Of a stretch of DNA of 64,000 bases, positions 1 through 12,849 are shown one piece after another. The stretch's first letter is position 1. Each line of letters begins with the position of its first letter. The stretch is from Balanoglossus misakiensis (taxonomy: Eukaryota; Animalia; Hemichordata). The notes below the pieces were generated by a model. The model was given only the letters and a program-made list of their open reading frames with translations, did not search any database and was not told the origin of the DNA. A program made the translations under genes and the position numbers. The stretch covers positions 12,244,875 to 12,308,874 of the forward strand of contig CM082584.2 of the NCBI GenBank assembly GCA_040954595.2, read 5' to 3'.

Positions 1-19
1 CGATACTTGTGATTTATAG

Positions 20-2797
20 AAAGTGTCGTCGTAGGCCCGGCCAGGAAATTATTGGAAACGAATTTGATGCAGTCGTTCAGGTAGATACACCATCTGGTCA
101 CCATGCACCCCAGCCATTCGTCTGTCCATCCCATATTCATGTATGACTGACTGACTGAATGCCTGACTGACTGACTGAGTATCACTGTGTGCATTCTACT
201 GATGGCAGTACATATATTTACAGGATTACATTACAGAACTAAAACCATGGCTGATAAAACCGGGCAAAGTGACGGTTTTCCATGAAAAGGGTCTATTAGG
301 CCAGGGATCATTCGCTCAAGTATTGTCGGCGAGATTGAAAACCTCCAAAATGACGCGTGATGTTGCTGTCAAAAGGATTACCCAAAGTAAGTTGCGTGTT
401 TTTGTGTGTGCACGTGTTCTAGTCCTTAGGAGAAAAAAATATTTGATCGATGTATCACAAGTTTTGTATTGTGTATAGTTTGGGCATTGATGAATTGTAG
501 GATGTATGTTGCCAGGCAAAATTTGAAACTGGAGAGGACATATATGATTTGATAAACCATTTCTTTCTTCCTCAATTTTGATGTTTTATAGGCCTTTACA
601 ATCAAATCAACTACATAAATTTCTGTGAAGAAATCCTTCGTCTTAGTACCCTTCATGATCACCCTAACGTCATTGGATTCCACGGTGTCGTCCTTAATGG
701 AGGTAAAGTACATCATGTTTAACGCGGCATAAAGGTTGTACTGTCAGGTTTATCCTCTTATGTTCCCAACGCATTAGACTTCAGAATGACAGATTTCGTT
801 TGGTCTTGTGTGGTTGGAGAGTTGGGTTGGAGAAATTGCTTCAGTTTTGACTTTTTGTGTTGACTTGTGTTCAGATCAGAAGTATATAGTAATGGAGTAT
901 GCTTCGCGGGGAGATATGTTTGCTTATATCAAGAATCTGAGCTTTGGAAATATGTCGGCGAAAGAAGAAGGAATTCTGGTCAAACTTGCACGTGACGTCA
1001 CGGTGGCGCTACAATTCTTGGCAGAGAAAAAGGTAATTGCACGATCTTTGATTAACGCAGAGTTAATATACTAATTTATGAAGCACTCCCTAAGTCATTG
1101 GCAGAGTAAGATCAGCATGCACTTGGATGTCTTACGCATATTCTTTCCTGCGCAATAACGGTTAATGACCATGTTCTCTTTTGGACTTCCTGTCATAGAT
1201 CGTGCATAGGGATCTTGCCACCAGAAATGTGTTGATTACAGACCATTTCGTGGGAAAGCTGGCCGATTTCGGACTTAGTCGCGAACTAGAAGGAGAGGAG
1301 TATTTCAAATCTCCATGGGTAGTTGATTTAATGTCCTTAACTGTACACTATTTTTCGTCTTGTGAACATGATCCATCTGAGCTAATCGACATTGTTGCTG
1401 TTCATATCTTGTATTTAAGTCCGGACTTGAATCCGTCTGTACTCCCTTCGAGGATGCTGACGGAACACACTCAAAGAGAATTAAAATAGAATCTCACACT
1501 CCCAAGGACCTGGGATCATATTTCTCACGCGAGTTGGGGATAACCATTTCTTGTTTTTTTTTTTCAGAGTGAAAGGCAAGGACCTTTACCCCTCAAATGG
1601 ATGCCACCTGAGTTTATCAGAAGAGGAATTTTCCAAATAAAGAGTGATATGTAAGTCTGGATATTTTCCTATCAAAATCTCTCAGCTATTACATTCTCAC
1701 CTTCTCTCTTCGTGTTGTACTGACATTACTCATGGCTGATTGGTTTACTATTTTGCAGCTGGTCGTTCGGTGTCTTCATGTGGGAAATAGCCACTTTGGG
1801 TAAGTTTAATTTTTGCCAGGTTACCTTGTTTGTGTCGATTCAGTCGAGCACCATTTACCCGAGTCCTGTCACACATGCACTCCCTTTTTTCTTCACGGCT
1901 TCAGGGGACTCGCCCTTTGCTGGGATTCAGGGCACCGACTTCATCAGGCGATGTGCGTTAGGCGAACGATTGGAGAGACCAAACTACTCCTCCGACAAAT
2001 GGTAGGTTTGTTTACCATGTTTACAAGAGGACTACTTTCACAGACTCAAACATGTATGAGTAGTGAAACGGTAGGACTACTTTTCACAGACAACGACACG
2101 CCAATGTCTTTCAGTCATGCGCCTCCGACATGTCTTACGCGATTACCAACAAATATATGTACCCAGCAGTCGCGATGCGTATTTTTCGTGTAAAAGACCA
2201 GACATTATATGATTCATTTTCGCTCAGATCGTTTGGTCAAAGATTTCTGACCCGTCAACATATCCGGAAGTGCGCCTCACACGTACACCGAGTCACTCAA
2301 GCTCAACCTACAATGTATCCATACGCGCACATGTTGCAAAACACTAAACTATTAGTATTCACATGAAATGACTTTGTCTATAGGTTCGCCGTCATGCGGA
2401 AGTGCTGGCATGGGCCTGTTCAACTCCGTCCCAGTGCCAAGGAATTAACTGAAGAGTTAAATGCTATCATGGCGTGTGACGAGGTACTGTCAACGGAGTT
2501 TTAATTATTCTCAGTAGTATTTTCAGACGTGACCTGACAACGAAGATAAAGATGACGCATGCATTTCTGCCCAACAATGCGTATGACTTTTCTGATAATT
2601 ATCTCTTACCATCTTTCCCACTTCCACCCCAGAAAATTTATCTCAGAGGGTTCCAGACAAAGTGCGCTGTTAATACCTTGTTCCAGGGTGGTTATCCAGA
2701 GAAAGCCATGCTTGTCCACGAGCCGTTGTTGCCTGGTCTTGCGCAGGATCTGAGGAAGCCCACAGACGCTGTACAGAACCAACCTTTTCAAGTGTAA
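20..2797 (+). CDS. Receptor-type tyrosine kinase, 5'-partial (juxtamembrane region, kinase domain, C-tail)
   Basis: Phase-consistent GT-AG exons 20-80, 224-386, 592-702, 875-1032, 1199-1318, 1568-1650, 1759-1799, 1905-2001, 2384-2483, 2633-2797. They give LGQGSFAQV, VAVK, HPNVIGF, IVMEY, HRDLATRN, DFGLSR, PLPLKWMPPE, SDIWSFGV, CW..P..RP, all tyrosine kinase hallmarks. The first exon begins KCRRR, like a stop-transfer after a TM helix that would lie upstream of the window. Confidence 0.93.
145..178. repeat. (ACTG)n tetranucleotide microsatellite, intronic
   Basis: tgactgactgactga...tgactgactgactga visible directly. Confidence 0.8.
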
Positions 2798-3548
2798 TAG
2801 TTGTCACGGTGTGGTAATGAAATCGGATAAAGTAAACACACCAATGGAAACGAGAAATAGTCACTTTTGATCCATTTACCATTGGAGTCAGTTAGCATCC
2901 CTGATTGAGCTAGCTAGTAAACATACAAAGTTCTCTCAGGGTGGGCGGCGAAACACTCGGTGTGTCCTCTGCAAGGTACATAACCACCGTCGGAAGGTAC
3001 TACTTGTCAGTGTATATAGCTACATGAGGTTGATTAGAGAAGTCCCTTCGTATTAATACAGATATTACTTCTAAAGCAACTTACATTTGATGAATCTTTA
3101 TTTTAACACATATATATCAGACATTACTTTATTTAATGATATGTTCTCGAAAATATATTGGCCTATAACCTAAGTTAACATAACGGTGGTAATACAATTG
3201 GTTTCTGATTCTGCACCCTGGATGTAACGCAGAGTTGGCGTTAGCGATAGATTGAAGTTTGTCAATGTTTCACTGCGGATAACCCAGTTTTGAAATAAAT
3301 CACCTTTATCAGAAGTTAATATCGTTAATGTACACCGTGTCGACATTTGCCACAGTACCAATATTCAGTTGCTCAGTGACCTTCGTTTGGGTGCGTCGTA
3401 TTTTGCGGGACAAACACTTTTAAAATTAAATACTGGGCCAGAACTCTTCCACTAGGTGCTTACACAAACTGGCAATTGGTGAAAAGACGGCGCCGAAGGT
3501 GGCGGGACTACTTGGATAATAATCAGCCTGGCAGTATAGCGAACACTG

Positions 3549-4648
3549 ATGATGAGTGAGTACGACGAAATACCAGGTAGGCCGAAAATCTTGATGATTG
3601 ATGGTGTTTGGAAGCGTTTATTGTCAAATGCGTCAGTGTATGGTTTATAGATGTTACAATACTTGCCAGCCACAATAATTCCATTAACCGTAAATTACAA
3701 GCCAGTGATGAACGTTGTCATTAAAGGGAAACCATTCAACACCCGTGGCGAGTGCCTTATTTTCCAGTTGCCTTCTTTCTAAACATTAAGGTGGAAGTCA
3801 CCCCATTCCTGTCGAAGAATGTGAGACCAAATCTGTGACGATGCCGACACACTCCAGCCAAGCAAGTCATATGTCGTCAGCACCGTTGCTGGTTTCACCT
3901 GAAGGTCAAAGTTCAAAGCAGCCGTCACAGTCGGGAGGTACTTCGTCGTCACAGGAACTGCCGCCATACTACGATAATACACTAGCATATCAACAATACC
4001 CGGGCGAATATTACATGACGGAGGTACAGCATCAATATTTTAATAATATATAAGAAAAAAATATAGCTGCAATATGTAAAAAAATGGCCACTTTCATGAC
4101 CCCTAGGTGACCTTTACATCCTGGCATTTTGTTGGTGTGTGAGGTTGAATGATGTAGAAAAGTTATTGCTTGCAAGGATGCGTTTTTCTTTCAGATGGCA
4201 CATGGATCACCGCCTGAATGTCTGGAGATCACACTCGTGGAGCGCTCCGACCTTGAGGTTCGGGCATCGGCAACTAAAAAAGACATCGCGGGAATGGTGC
4301 TCGCCATCTGCACTTGCCTTCTCTGTTTCTGGCCGCTGGCGATCGTTTCAATCGTACTGTCTGGTCTCGTAAGTTGCCCACTGTTACTGTTACGTTCTTT
4401 TGCTCATTTAAGCAAAACAATTCTGCAGCTTATACTGTTATTAGTTGCAAGCATTAATGACGATTGAAACGGTCCTGGTAAATGTCATTTTCTGCATCTC
4501 TCCTTTCCAGGCACTGTCGTATCGCAACCGACCAGAACTGAGATACAAGGCAACCATGTATACGTCTTATTCCATCAGACTGTCAGTGTTGGCGGCCATT
4601 ATCGGAGCTATCATCTTAACAGTTGTTTTTGTAGTAATTTTGATATAA
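3549..4648 (+). CDS. CD225/dispanin family protein, copy 1 (PRRT1/IFITM-like, about 183 aa)
   Basis: Exons 3549-3555, 3791-4023, 4195-4368, 4511-4648 (intron phases 1,0,0). Motif LAICTCLLCFWPLAIVSIVLS followed by a C-terminal TM (LSVLAAIIGAIILTVVFVVILI). N-terminal Ser/Pro-rich region with PPYY. The 7-nt first coding exon is less certain. Confidence 0.85.
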
Positions 4649-5268
4649 GAATTTTGGATTCGACGTTTACTTATTGTAAATATTATAGTTCCCCTCGATT
4701 TGGGTCCCAGTGTCGACTTGATTTCACAAAACAGTCGATTATCTGAAACCAGGTGTCAATCTCTGAAGTATTTACACTAGAGGGTGTGTGCAATGCATCT
4801 TTAGTTAAGTTTACCAATTGCGCCTATTTTACAGACATGGGGTGAAAAGGTCAATCCAGGGCCATTCTTATTTATTCATCACAAATATTCTTAAAACCTG
4901 ATTCACGATAAATTACTGTAATAAAAAATAACATAAAGGACAACATAAATGTCACGTGATGAATCCCGCCAATCACTTTACATATTTCAAAATATTTTCG
5001 CGAGTTAACGTTTTGAGACGTAAAGCTGTAACGAAAGCTCAACCACACTCGAACCATTCTCGTCGAATACCCAATATGATCCGAACGTAGGGTAATGCCC
5101 TGGTTAAGTGTTTGTCCTCATTTACTATTGACCGATGCTTCTTAGTGATATCAGCTGGGTGGGAGATAGTTATTGTTCACAAGGAACTGTGAATCATTAA
5201 TCCAGCCTTACCATGACCTCATCCGAGCAGGAATCAGGTATCGGCAGACATACAGATCTTATAAGGAT

Positions 5269-6658
5269 ATGGCTGAGGGATACTCAGGTGAGTGATTCTA
5301 TTAAATTCGAGCAAACCTTCATGTGAAGTTCAGATGAAAATATCTGTGATAACCCACGACTGTGAAAGAGCAGGGTTTTGCATAGATCGGTAACTGGTCT
5401 GTGTGCCAAATCTTTGTGTGAAATTCCACGATTGATGAGGTCAGTAACTGTCACAATTCAAAATTTCAGAGCTTCAGAATCTGGGTAATGGATACTCCGA
5501 TACAAATGAAAATGCGTCTCTAAATGCATACACGAAAATAGAAAACGACGGTGACAGTAATAGCGAAGAAGAAAATTGGCTGACGACAGCGTTGGAATAC
5601 TTCGAAACAGATGTCAACAAAATAACCGGAACAGGAAACCACATCACCGATACAGGAAGTGCTGATGACAGCGACGCCAACGTTCCCCCAACGCCAACCT
5701 TGCAAGGAGGCGAAAAAGAGGACGAAGGTGGGGACACAGGACCTGTTGGTGGGGAGGGGAAAGAAGAGGATGACCTAGATGCTTCAACGTTTCTTTTGAG
5801 GGAAAACACGGAGGACAGCACGGAAGCGAAGCCTCCCGCAGCAGAAGATACATTCCAGGAAGACGAGCTCCCCGCGACCGAAACACACAGCCTTCTGCAA
5901 CCCGAAGATATTGACCAAAGGGAGGAATGCTCGCCACCAGCGGCAGATTACACCGACGGCATAGAGTCGAACTGTACACCTCATGAGGGCGAACGTCTAC
6001 CTGAACCAGAACTCAATGATGGAAGTAGCCATGAACAATCACGCATACCTCCAAAGAAGCCACCACGAAAAAGAGTTAGCACCGACATCCAGAGCGAACC
6101 CAATAACATCAATCGACACGTCTCTGTCGAGGTAAAGTATTTGTCATTCAAAGTATTTGCATTAACTTCAAAAGTGCAAAATGCCCTAAATAAAAGCATA
6201 AGTGGAGACATAACAGCAATATTTTTGTTTGTCCATGTTTAGATTCCCATGATGCACCATCCAATAAAGCGAGAGATGTCCGATTTCACCCGCAAGCCTC
6301 CAACCAGGACGAGTAAAGATATTGGTGTGTTCGTATTCGCCATACTTACAACCGTGCTTTGCTTCATACCTTTGGGTGCTGTCGCTATTTTATTCTCGGC
6401 CTTGGTGAGTATACACTATAATAATTATATACTGAGTTAATAGTTTTACTTTGATTTATGTTTACTACATTTAAACAAACACAAACAAACAAATCAATAA
6501 ATACTTTTTTGCAGGCGTTGTCGAATCATAATAAAATTGGCGGTGAAGAAAAGGGAAAGATATACACCAGGCGTTCCTTCTTCTTCTCGGTGGCAGCTTT
6601 GCTCGCTGGCTGCGTGGTTTTAACACTTGTAACCGTTCTAGTTATCATCGATGCTTGA
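5269..6658 (+). CDS. CD225/dispanin family protein, copy 2 (long acidic N-terminus, about 328 aa)
   Basis: Exons 5269-5287, 5470-6131, 6243-6404, 6515-6658 (phases 1,0,0). Motif FAILTTVLCFIPLGAVAILFS plus a terminal TM; starts MAEG like copies 3 and 4. Confidence 0.87.
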
Positions 6659-8461
6659 CAAAATACCGAGTGATAACACTAGCCTAGAGGATCCCTGCAG
6701 GAATGTAACTGACTATAATATTAAATATGTCGCTAACACCACCCCTGCCCCCCCCCCCCCGACTCCACCACTAGTTTATGGTGGGTTAAAGGTCAAAAGG
6801 ACGTGCATTTGTGAACCATGTCCCACAAAGAAGCACACAAAAACATTGCTCAAAAGTCCATATTTCATTAAAAGTCCAATAACAGTCTACATAAGGCGAG
6901 AAGGTATCATCAAAACCACTCTGGTAGGGTCGCGTTGTTTGTTTCCTCTGTGCCTTGATGAACTAGGGAACGATTTATGGAGTTGTCACGTTTATTTTAC
7001 ATGGTGGCGATAAGGGGTGCACGACAACAAAAAATAAGCAATTCGTCTGATTTTTTTTAAAGTGGCCCCTAGTAATCTTATCTTGATGTCGCAAGGGCAA
7101 CGTCAATGTTCCGTTGCACGACCTCTCGTCTCGCCGGAATCTCCAGACAGGTGTTTTCAGGTCCGGACCGCAAACTAAAATGTGCAGAACCTGGAAGCAA
7201 CCTGTTGGATTCTGGACTTGTGCGCCAAGCTCATTGCAAGCAGAGACGATTGGTCGCCGTGCAGCGACATTGAGGGCGCCGATTTGCATATTCTGACACC
7301 AGATACAATCTGTAAAATTAGATAATCGATGACGTCATGGATATCCGGTTGCTGATCGATATCCTTGTGAGCAGAAACGGGTAAATGTTCGGTGCTGCCC
7401 CTGTAAAAGACCGAAGACCTTTGTCAATGATAGGCATCTATTTATTTTGGCGAAAGGTCGACGTCGTTACCAATAATCATCATGGTTTCAAAGGCATGCA
7501 TTATAATCTCTGCGGACAGACATCGTGATATTTTCAACTTCCCCAACAGTTAAAGACTTATTGTCTTTCGTCATGAAAACGTTTATAAGATAACAAGATA
7601 ACTGTACATTTCAATGGTGTTTGCAGAAATAAAACTAAGTTACTAGTGCTAGTGACGGCCAGTATCTTTGCAAAAGCGCCAGGCCGATTGGCCGAATTCC
7701 TCGCGCTTGTAAAAACGTCATCGGACACAGGTGTTTTTTTATTGCTGCTGTTATTCAACTCGCGTAACGCAACACTCAAAAGCCAACAGCCACGCAGGTG
7801 ATCCCGTGACTCCGGGAGACATCGCCATTCAGCAAAGTTCTGAAAGGCTGCCAATATTTAGTATTTTCACAGTTTCCACCATGAAGAATTTTGTCTTCGT
7901 GCATCAATAAGCAAGTATGTCCATGCACAGTCACTCAAACGTCTTTCCTTGAGGGACTCGGGTCCATGCAATTTCTTATTAGTGGTAAAAAGTCCTCCGT
8001 GTTATCAGTCGTCTTGCCCAACCATTAGAGTCTGATAAGATTTTGAGCAGAAAATAAACGGAGCTGGGCTTACGTGTGCATCCGTCTATTTGATTGCATG
8101 TTTGTGATTTATTTGCACATGATTAGAATATCACGGGAGCGTTTCTTCGCGGTAATGGGCAATTCACCGAACTGGGACAATACCATTTCTTTCTAAAGCG
8201 GTCTGTGACGCGTGCCCCTCGACTAATGATTAACGGGAAAGCATACTGTTCCTCTCTCCATCCAATTAATACCCCCTCATCACGTAATGGTACAGACCGT
8301 CTGTTATCGGTGGTGGGCCAGTAAAGAATCCAGACACCGCGGCTAGCGCAGCAAACAGACTGAGGTCATCTGAGTACAAACTTGTTGTATGCCCGACTGA
8401 CAGCTGGTTAAGTTTGTCTTTCCGAGATTCTAACTCAACTTCACCCCAGACAAGCCACATC

Positions 8462-10781
8462 ATGGCCGAGGGTAGGGTAAATAATGGTAAGTCGAATTCA
8501 TCTCGTTTTCCAGCTTGCATTAACTTTTGATCTGCACATTTGAAAAAGAAAAATGTTTTTTTTCTTAGTACTCGCCGTTAGGTTAAAACTTCCATTATCT
8601 TTTTGCAAGTTTTATTTATGCTTCCCCCTTTCTTGTTTACTTATTTGTGAACGACGTGCTGTACACTATTTCTGTACTTGTTTTTATAAAGCCGATTTAA
8701 ATGTAGTATATTTAAGTCAGTATAACCCCCTTGCAAAGAAATCAACGACTTTTCACGGTATGGAAAGGTGAAATGTAAAACCAACAACTAAAATGTAAGC
8801 TTACGTCATTGTTGATAATTACCATTTTGTGGTCACGCCACCATTATTTATCTTCAGACAAAGCATTTATGAACGGTATAATTTATAAATAATAAATAAG
8901 TAAAACACAAGCTGGATCCGGGTTGACATGAATTGTCCGATACCAAGATCCGCGATCATTGTTAAATATTAACTTCGGTTGAAAAGTTGAAGGCTGTGGA
9001 AACAAGCAATCTGGCTAACATCCCGGTGACGGAGTTGAATAAAACGTCACCAAAATTAACTCCGAACTGGTTTTGTGACGTTGTTTCATATAAGCATATG
9101 CTGAAGACGTGTACTATCCACTGAAATGTGTTGAAATGTAGTTCATCATAGCTCGACAGACACAAATGCGATGGGATGGGTTCCTATAACGACACGATAA
9201 CGTTTTTTATGCATACGTCATAGGAATAATAAAAACAGTTTAGTTCCACAATGAGGGTGAGATCACAACTAATATCGGCACCTCGCCATATTTCCCTACG
9301 TCGTCAGAGCAATATTGATAATTAATTCCAACACGCATTTGTAGGAAATCATTTTGAAAAATCCATGTTTGATCTCTTTTGTGTCTGCAGTTGGTTTTGA
9401 AGATTTTTTTAACGTACCCGTATTTATGTTTCCTTGGTTACGAAAAGTGTCTTATGTTTTTAAATCCGGTATTTTTTTTTTCCAAATAGCGTACATACTG
9501 GACGACGGAGACCAGAACGAGCCCCCACCATCATACCCGGGGACACCTAAAAACTTCACGCGAAAACTTCAGCCTCAACAACAGCAGGCTGACGCGGTGA
9601 CCGAGAAAACGGGGCCTCCACCGACGTATGTTGAAATTTCGTTGTCTGATACTCAAGCAACAGTGTACTGCGGGGTGAGTTATCATGGCGTATACCGTCT
9701 ATGTGTGTGTCTATTTGTTGGGCAGAATGCCGTGATATTTCATCATTTGACGTCATCACTGATCATTGAAATATCATGAAATATTGTGACTTCCTTCGTT
9801 TAACGCTTAATTAATACCTATTCTATGCTTATGTGTGTTTTTATTTTATTTTTGAACTTTAAACAGAATCAGCCTCCCACAGATCAGCAGTTTATCAAAG
9901 TCATTGACAGCGGTTACAAATCCCCGTCAGCGCCTTTCAAGAAGGCCAAGCCGTCATGTGGTGACGTCATTGGTCTATTATTGGCAATTCCGGCATGCAT
10001 CCTCTTCTTCCCGCTTGGCATCCCAGCTTTAGTGTTGTCCAGTTTGGTAAGAATTCTCTTATGTTTCCGAAACCACGTTGATAAATTTAGATAAACGTTT
10101 ATTTATTTGTGCATGCATGCATGTGTGTGTATGTAGGCCTATCTATGAATCTTATGTACCAGTGCATTGACGATACATTTATTTTTTCTCACAATTCCAC
10201 AGGCTATCCACCACAGGAGAACCCGAAATGTCACCAAAGCGGGAAAATACACCAAGATATCGATCATTCTGTCAATTCTCGCCATATGTATTTTCGCCGT
10301 TATTGCTGGTACCTGGTGTGCCATGGATGATGATGACGACGAAGACGACAACGATAATAATTACGATTATGACGAACTGAAGCAACCGGGATCTGGCCAG
10401 GACAGCGCCGAGGCCACACCACGTGATGACGGTGGTAATTTGCAGACGACACCGGCCGGCGATGGAACGGGAGGTGATAATGGCGATTTGGACAGAACGC
10501 CGAGTGATAAAGACTCGGGTTCTGATGATGGTACCCCCGATAGTACAACCCGCAAACCCGACGACGACCCAGATAATGGTGACGAAGATAACGGCCGTCT
10601 TCCTATAGACCCCAGCGCGGGCCCGCCTTTCGAAGATCCCGGGAGCGATGACGATGACTCGAATATCGGAGACCCTGGCGGTGACGATGATGAGCCGCAT
10701 TTCGGAAACCCCGGTGAGGATGATGGCAGAGGTGACGACAGAGTTAGCGGTGATGACGCGCATGAAAGAAGTGGTGAATGA
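8462..10781 (+). CDS. CD225/dispanin family protein, copy 3, with long Asp/Gly-rich C-terminal tail (about 322 aa)
   Basis: Exons 8462-8486, 9490-9674, 9867-10046, 10203-10781 (phases 1,0,0). PPSY and PPTY motifs; LAIPACILFFPLGIPALVLS; TM ISIILSILAICIFAVIAG; then about 150 aa of acidic tail. Confidence 0.87.
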
Positions 10782-11664
10782 TAGATGCAGACAACGACTT
10801 TTAGACTTCCACGATATAACGTCACATTAAGCAGGGCTTAAAATATTTACACTGATTACAAAATGTACCTGTAAAAGGTATAACATGAATAATACTTCAA
10901 TATGCTAAAAAAACAACCAAGTGCGTATATACTAGTCTTTACACATTGATTCACGGTTTGGTATCTTTAAGAGGGACAATTTCAAGCCAAGATATCTCAT
11001 TCATCATATACTCCTGAGATTAGTACTCTTTTGATTTGAATTTTCTTCTGAACATTTACAACAGGTAAATCAAAGACAATCTATGCAAATATTCATTATT
11101 ACTCAACATTATGTTCGTTTTTTTTGCTTGAAGGCTGAAAAGCTCAGGCCCCACAGATTGTTTTTTAAATACTTTTAATGCTGCAGTGAAAGTGGGTAAA
11201 CTTTTTACAGTTTTGTCTGCTTGTAATACGACAATATTTACCAATCCTTGAGCTACCCAAGAACAACTTATACATGTAGTTATGGACGACATTTTATTTG
11301 TTCATGTGATTCTTTTACATGCTTACAATAATTTACAAAACACAAAGAAAAATACGGCTGAATGTTACCGGGAGCTTATTCGATTGCAACGTTATCACTG
11401 CGATTGACAGAAAATATCATTTTCGCTTGTATAGTCAGGAACACGGTCAATCCAGAGTAGCAAGTTATATCACTTTTTATTAATCTGTAGACTCATGCTT
11501 CCACAAGAAAGTAAACAATAAAGATAGACTTAAGTGTTAAAACAATATACTGTGCCTCGTCTTCATATATGTTGAGAGTTGCAAGACTTGACTTTACGAT
11601 GATGTTGTTCTGTTGTGTCTTTTCTACTAACTGACTGATGATTGAGTGAGTGTGGTTTTGTTAG

Positions 11665-12680
11665 GGTGACCAGGTGAGCCCGGCTAGTTGTAATTTGCAT
11701 GACCAGGTGTTGATGAATATTTTATCGCGGCTGAGGCGCCACGTCACTTTGTCCTCGTGGAAAGAAAATTGCAAGTCCACGTGTATGCGACCCCGTCGTT
11801 TATCCAGGCCATGGACCATGCACAGGCAATTGCTGAAAGGAAGGTGGATACAACGCTAAAGTAAGTTTTAGATACGGCAACACGATACTGTGAATCTGGT
11901 GAGCCACTGTGACGAGTTTGTGAGGTTAGCTCTATACTCGTTGTCCAATTACGTTTTCCTTCGTGAACGGTTGTGCAGGAACTCTCGGTTGAACCGGAGT
12001 TGCTCGCGTATGTTCTCGGACTCTACATTTGCACTGTGGACTATTATTCGCGACCAAGCAAGATTCTGACGGCGTGACGGGCTGGTTTGACTCTTTACAT
12101 CTTTACACTTCTACCAATGTTGTTTGAGACTGTCTAGTAGTTCTTCGCTGCCCATGTAAAGTCCCTCAAATATGGTATGAAGACATCGTCCGAGTCGCAA
12201 TACTTTCCAGGTAGGTCTTGTGCGTGTATTCTTTTAAGTTTAATGATCATTAATCTTTGAACGTACTATGACCAGGCAACTGCAGGTTTTGCTAATCAAC
12301 TGATGATTGTCAAAGATTGCGCGTCAAGTGTCCTTGTCTGTGCGAGTCTTGATATGTCCTGGTAGTAGTATGTCCTTTTCCGTGTGTGTGCAGTTGTAGA
12401 ATCCGGTTTGCTATCTCAAAGATGACACCTTTCGTAGCAGACAAAACAATTTAAAGTTTTAATCAGTTAATCTCAAAGGTTTTCTTCATCTGATAAATCT
12501 CGCTGTCCTCCTTCGTGGTAACCATGATTGGCTATTCCCAGAAACGGGTCGGGCCATTTTTGTCGTGGTTGAGTGACGTAAGTGTGGCACACGACCAATG
12601 GTGCTCAGCGACTGAAGTGTTTTTCTTGTGCGCCGATACTCGACCACCCCTCCGGCATAATGGGGCCAACTCTCTGGCAG
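11665..12680 (+). pseudogene. Decayed spliced pseudogene of an unidentified, probably membrane, protein
   Basis: Three AG..GT-bounded blocks (11665-11860, 11979-12210, 12479-12680) join in one consistent phase into protein-like text (VCDPVVYPGHGPC...ELLAYVLGLYICTVDYYSRP...GLTLYIFTLLPMLFE...GFLHLINLAVLL) interrupted by many stop codons. Family not recognised. Confidence 0.4.
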
Positions 12681-12849
12681 GTACACATAATTGCCCCGTC
12701 AACCAATAGTATAAAACGTGTCGTCACTTGGACCAATAAATCAAACGCACTTATATCATCGGGGTACAAACTTGCTGCCGGATAATAGAGAAGAGCTACC
12801 AGCCGCGAGAATCTTGTTGCAATCGCCGTACTAGAAGACAATTCTCACC

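Noticed and set aside
10272-10825. Long antisense ORFs over the acidic exons (also 5474-5979)
   Set aside because: Shadows of low-complexity sense-strand coding sequence.
12505-12530. LLRGNHD resembling a metallophosphoesterase motif
   Set aside because: No other phosphoesterase motifs nearby; it lies in a stop-riddled frame.
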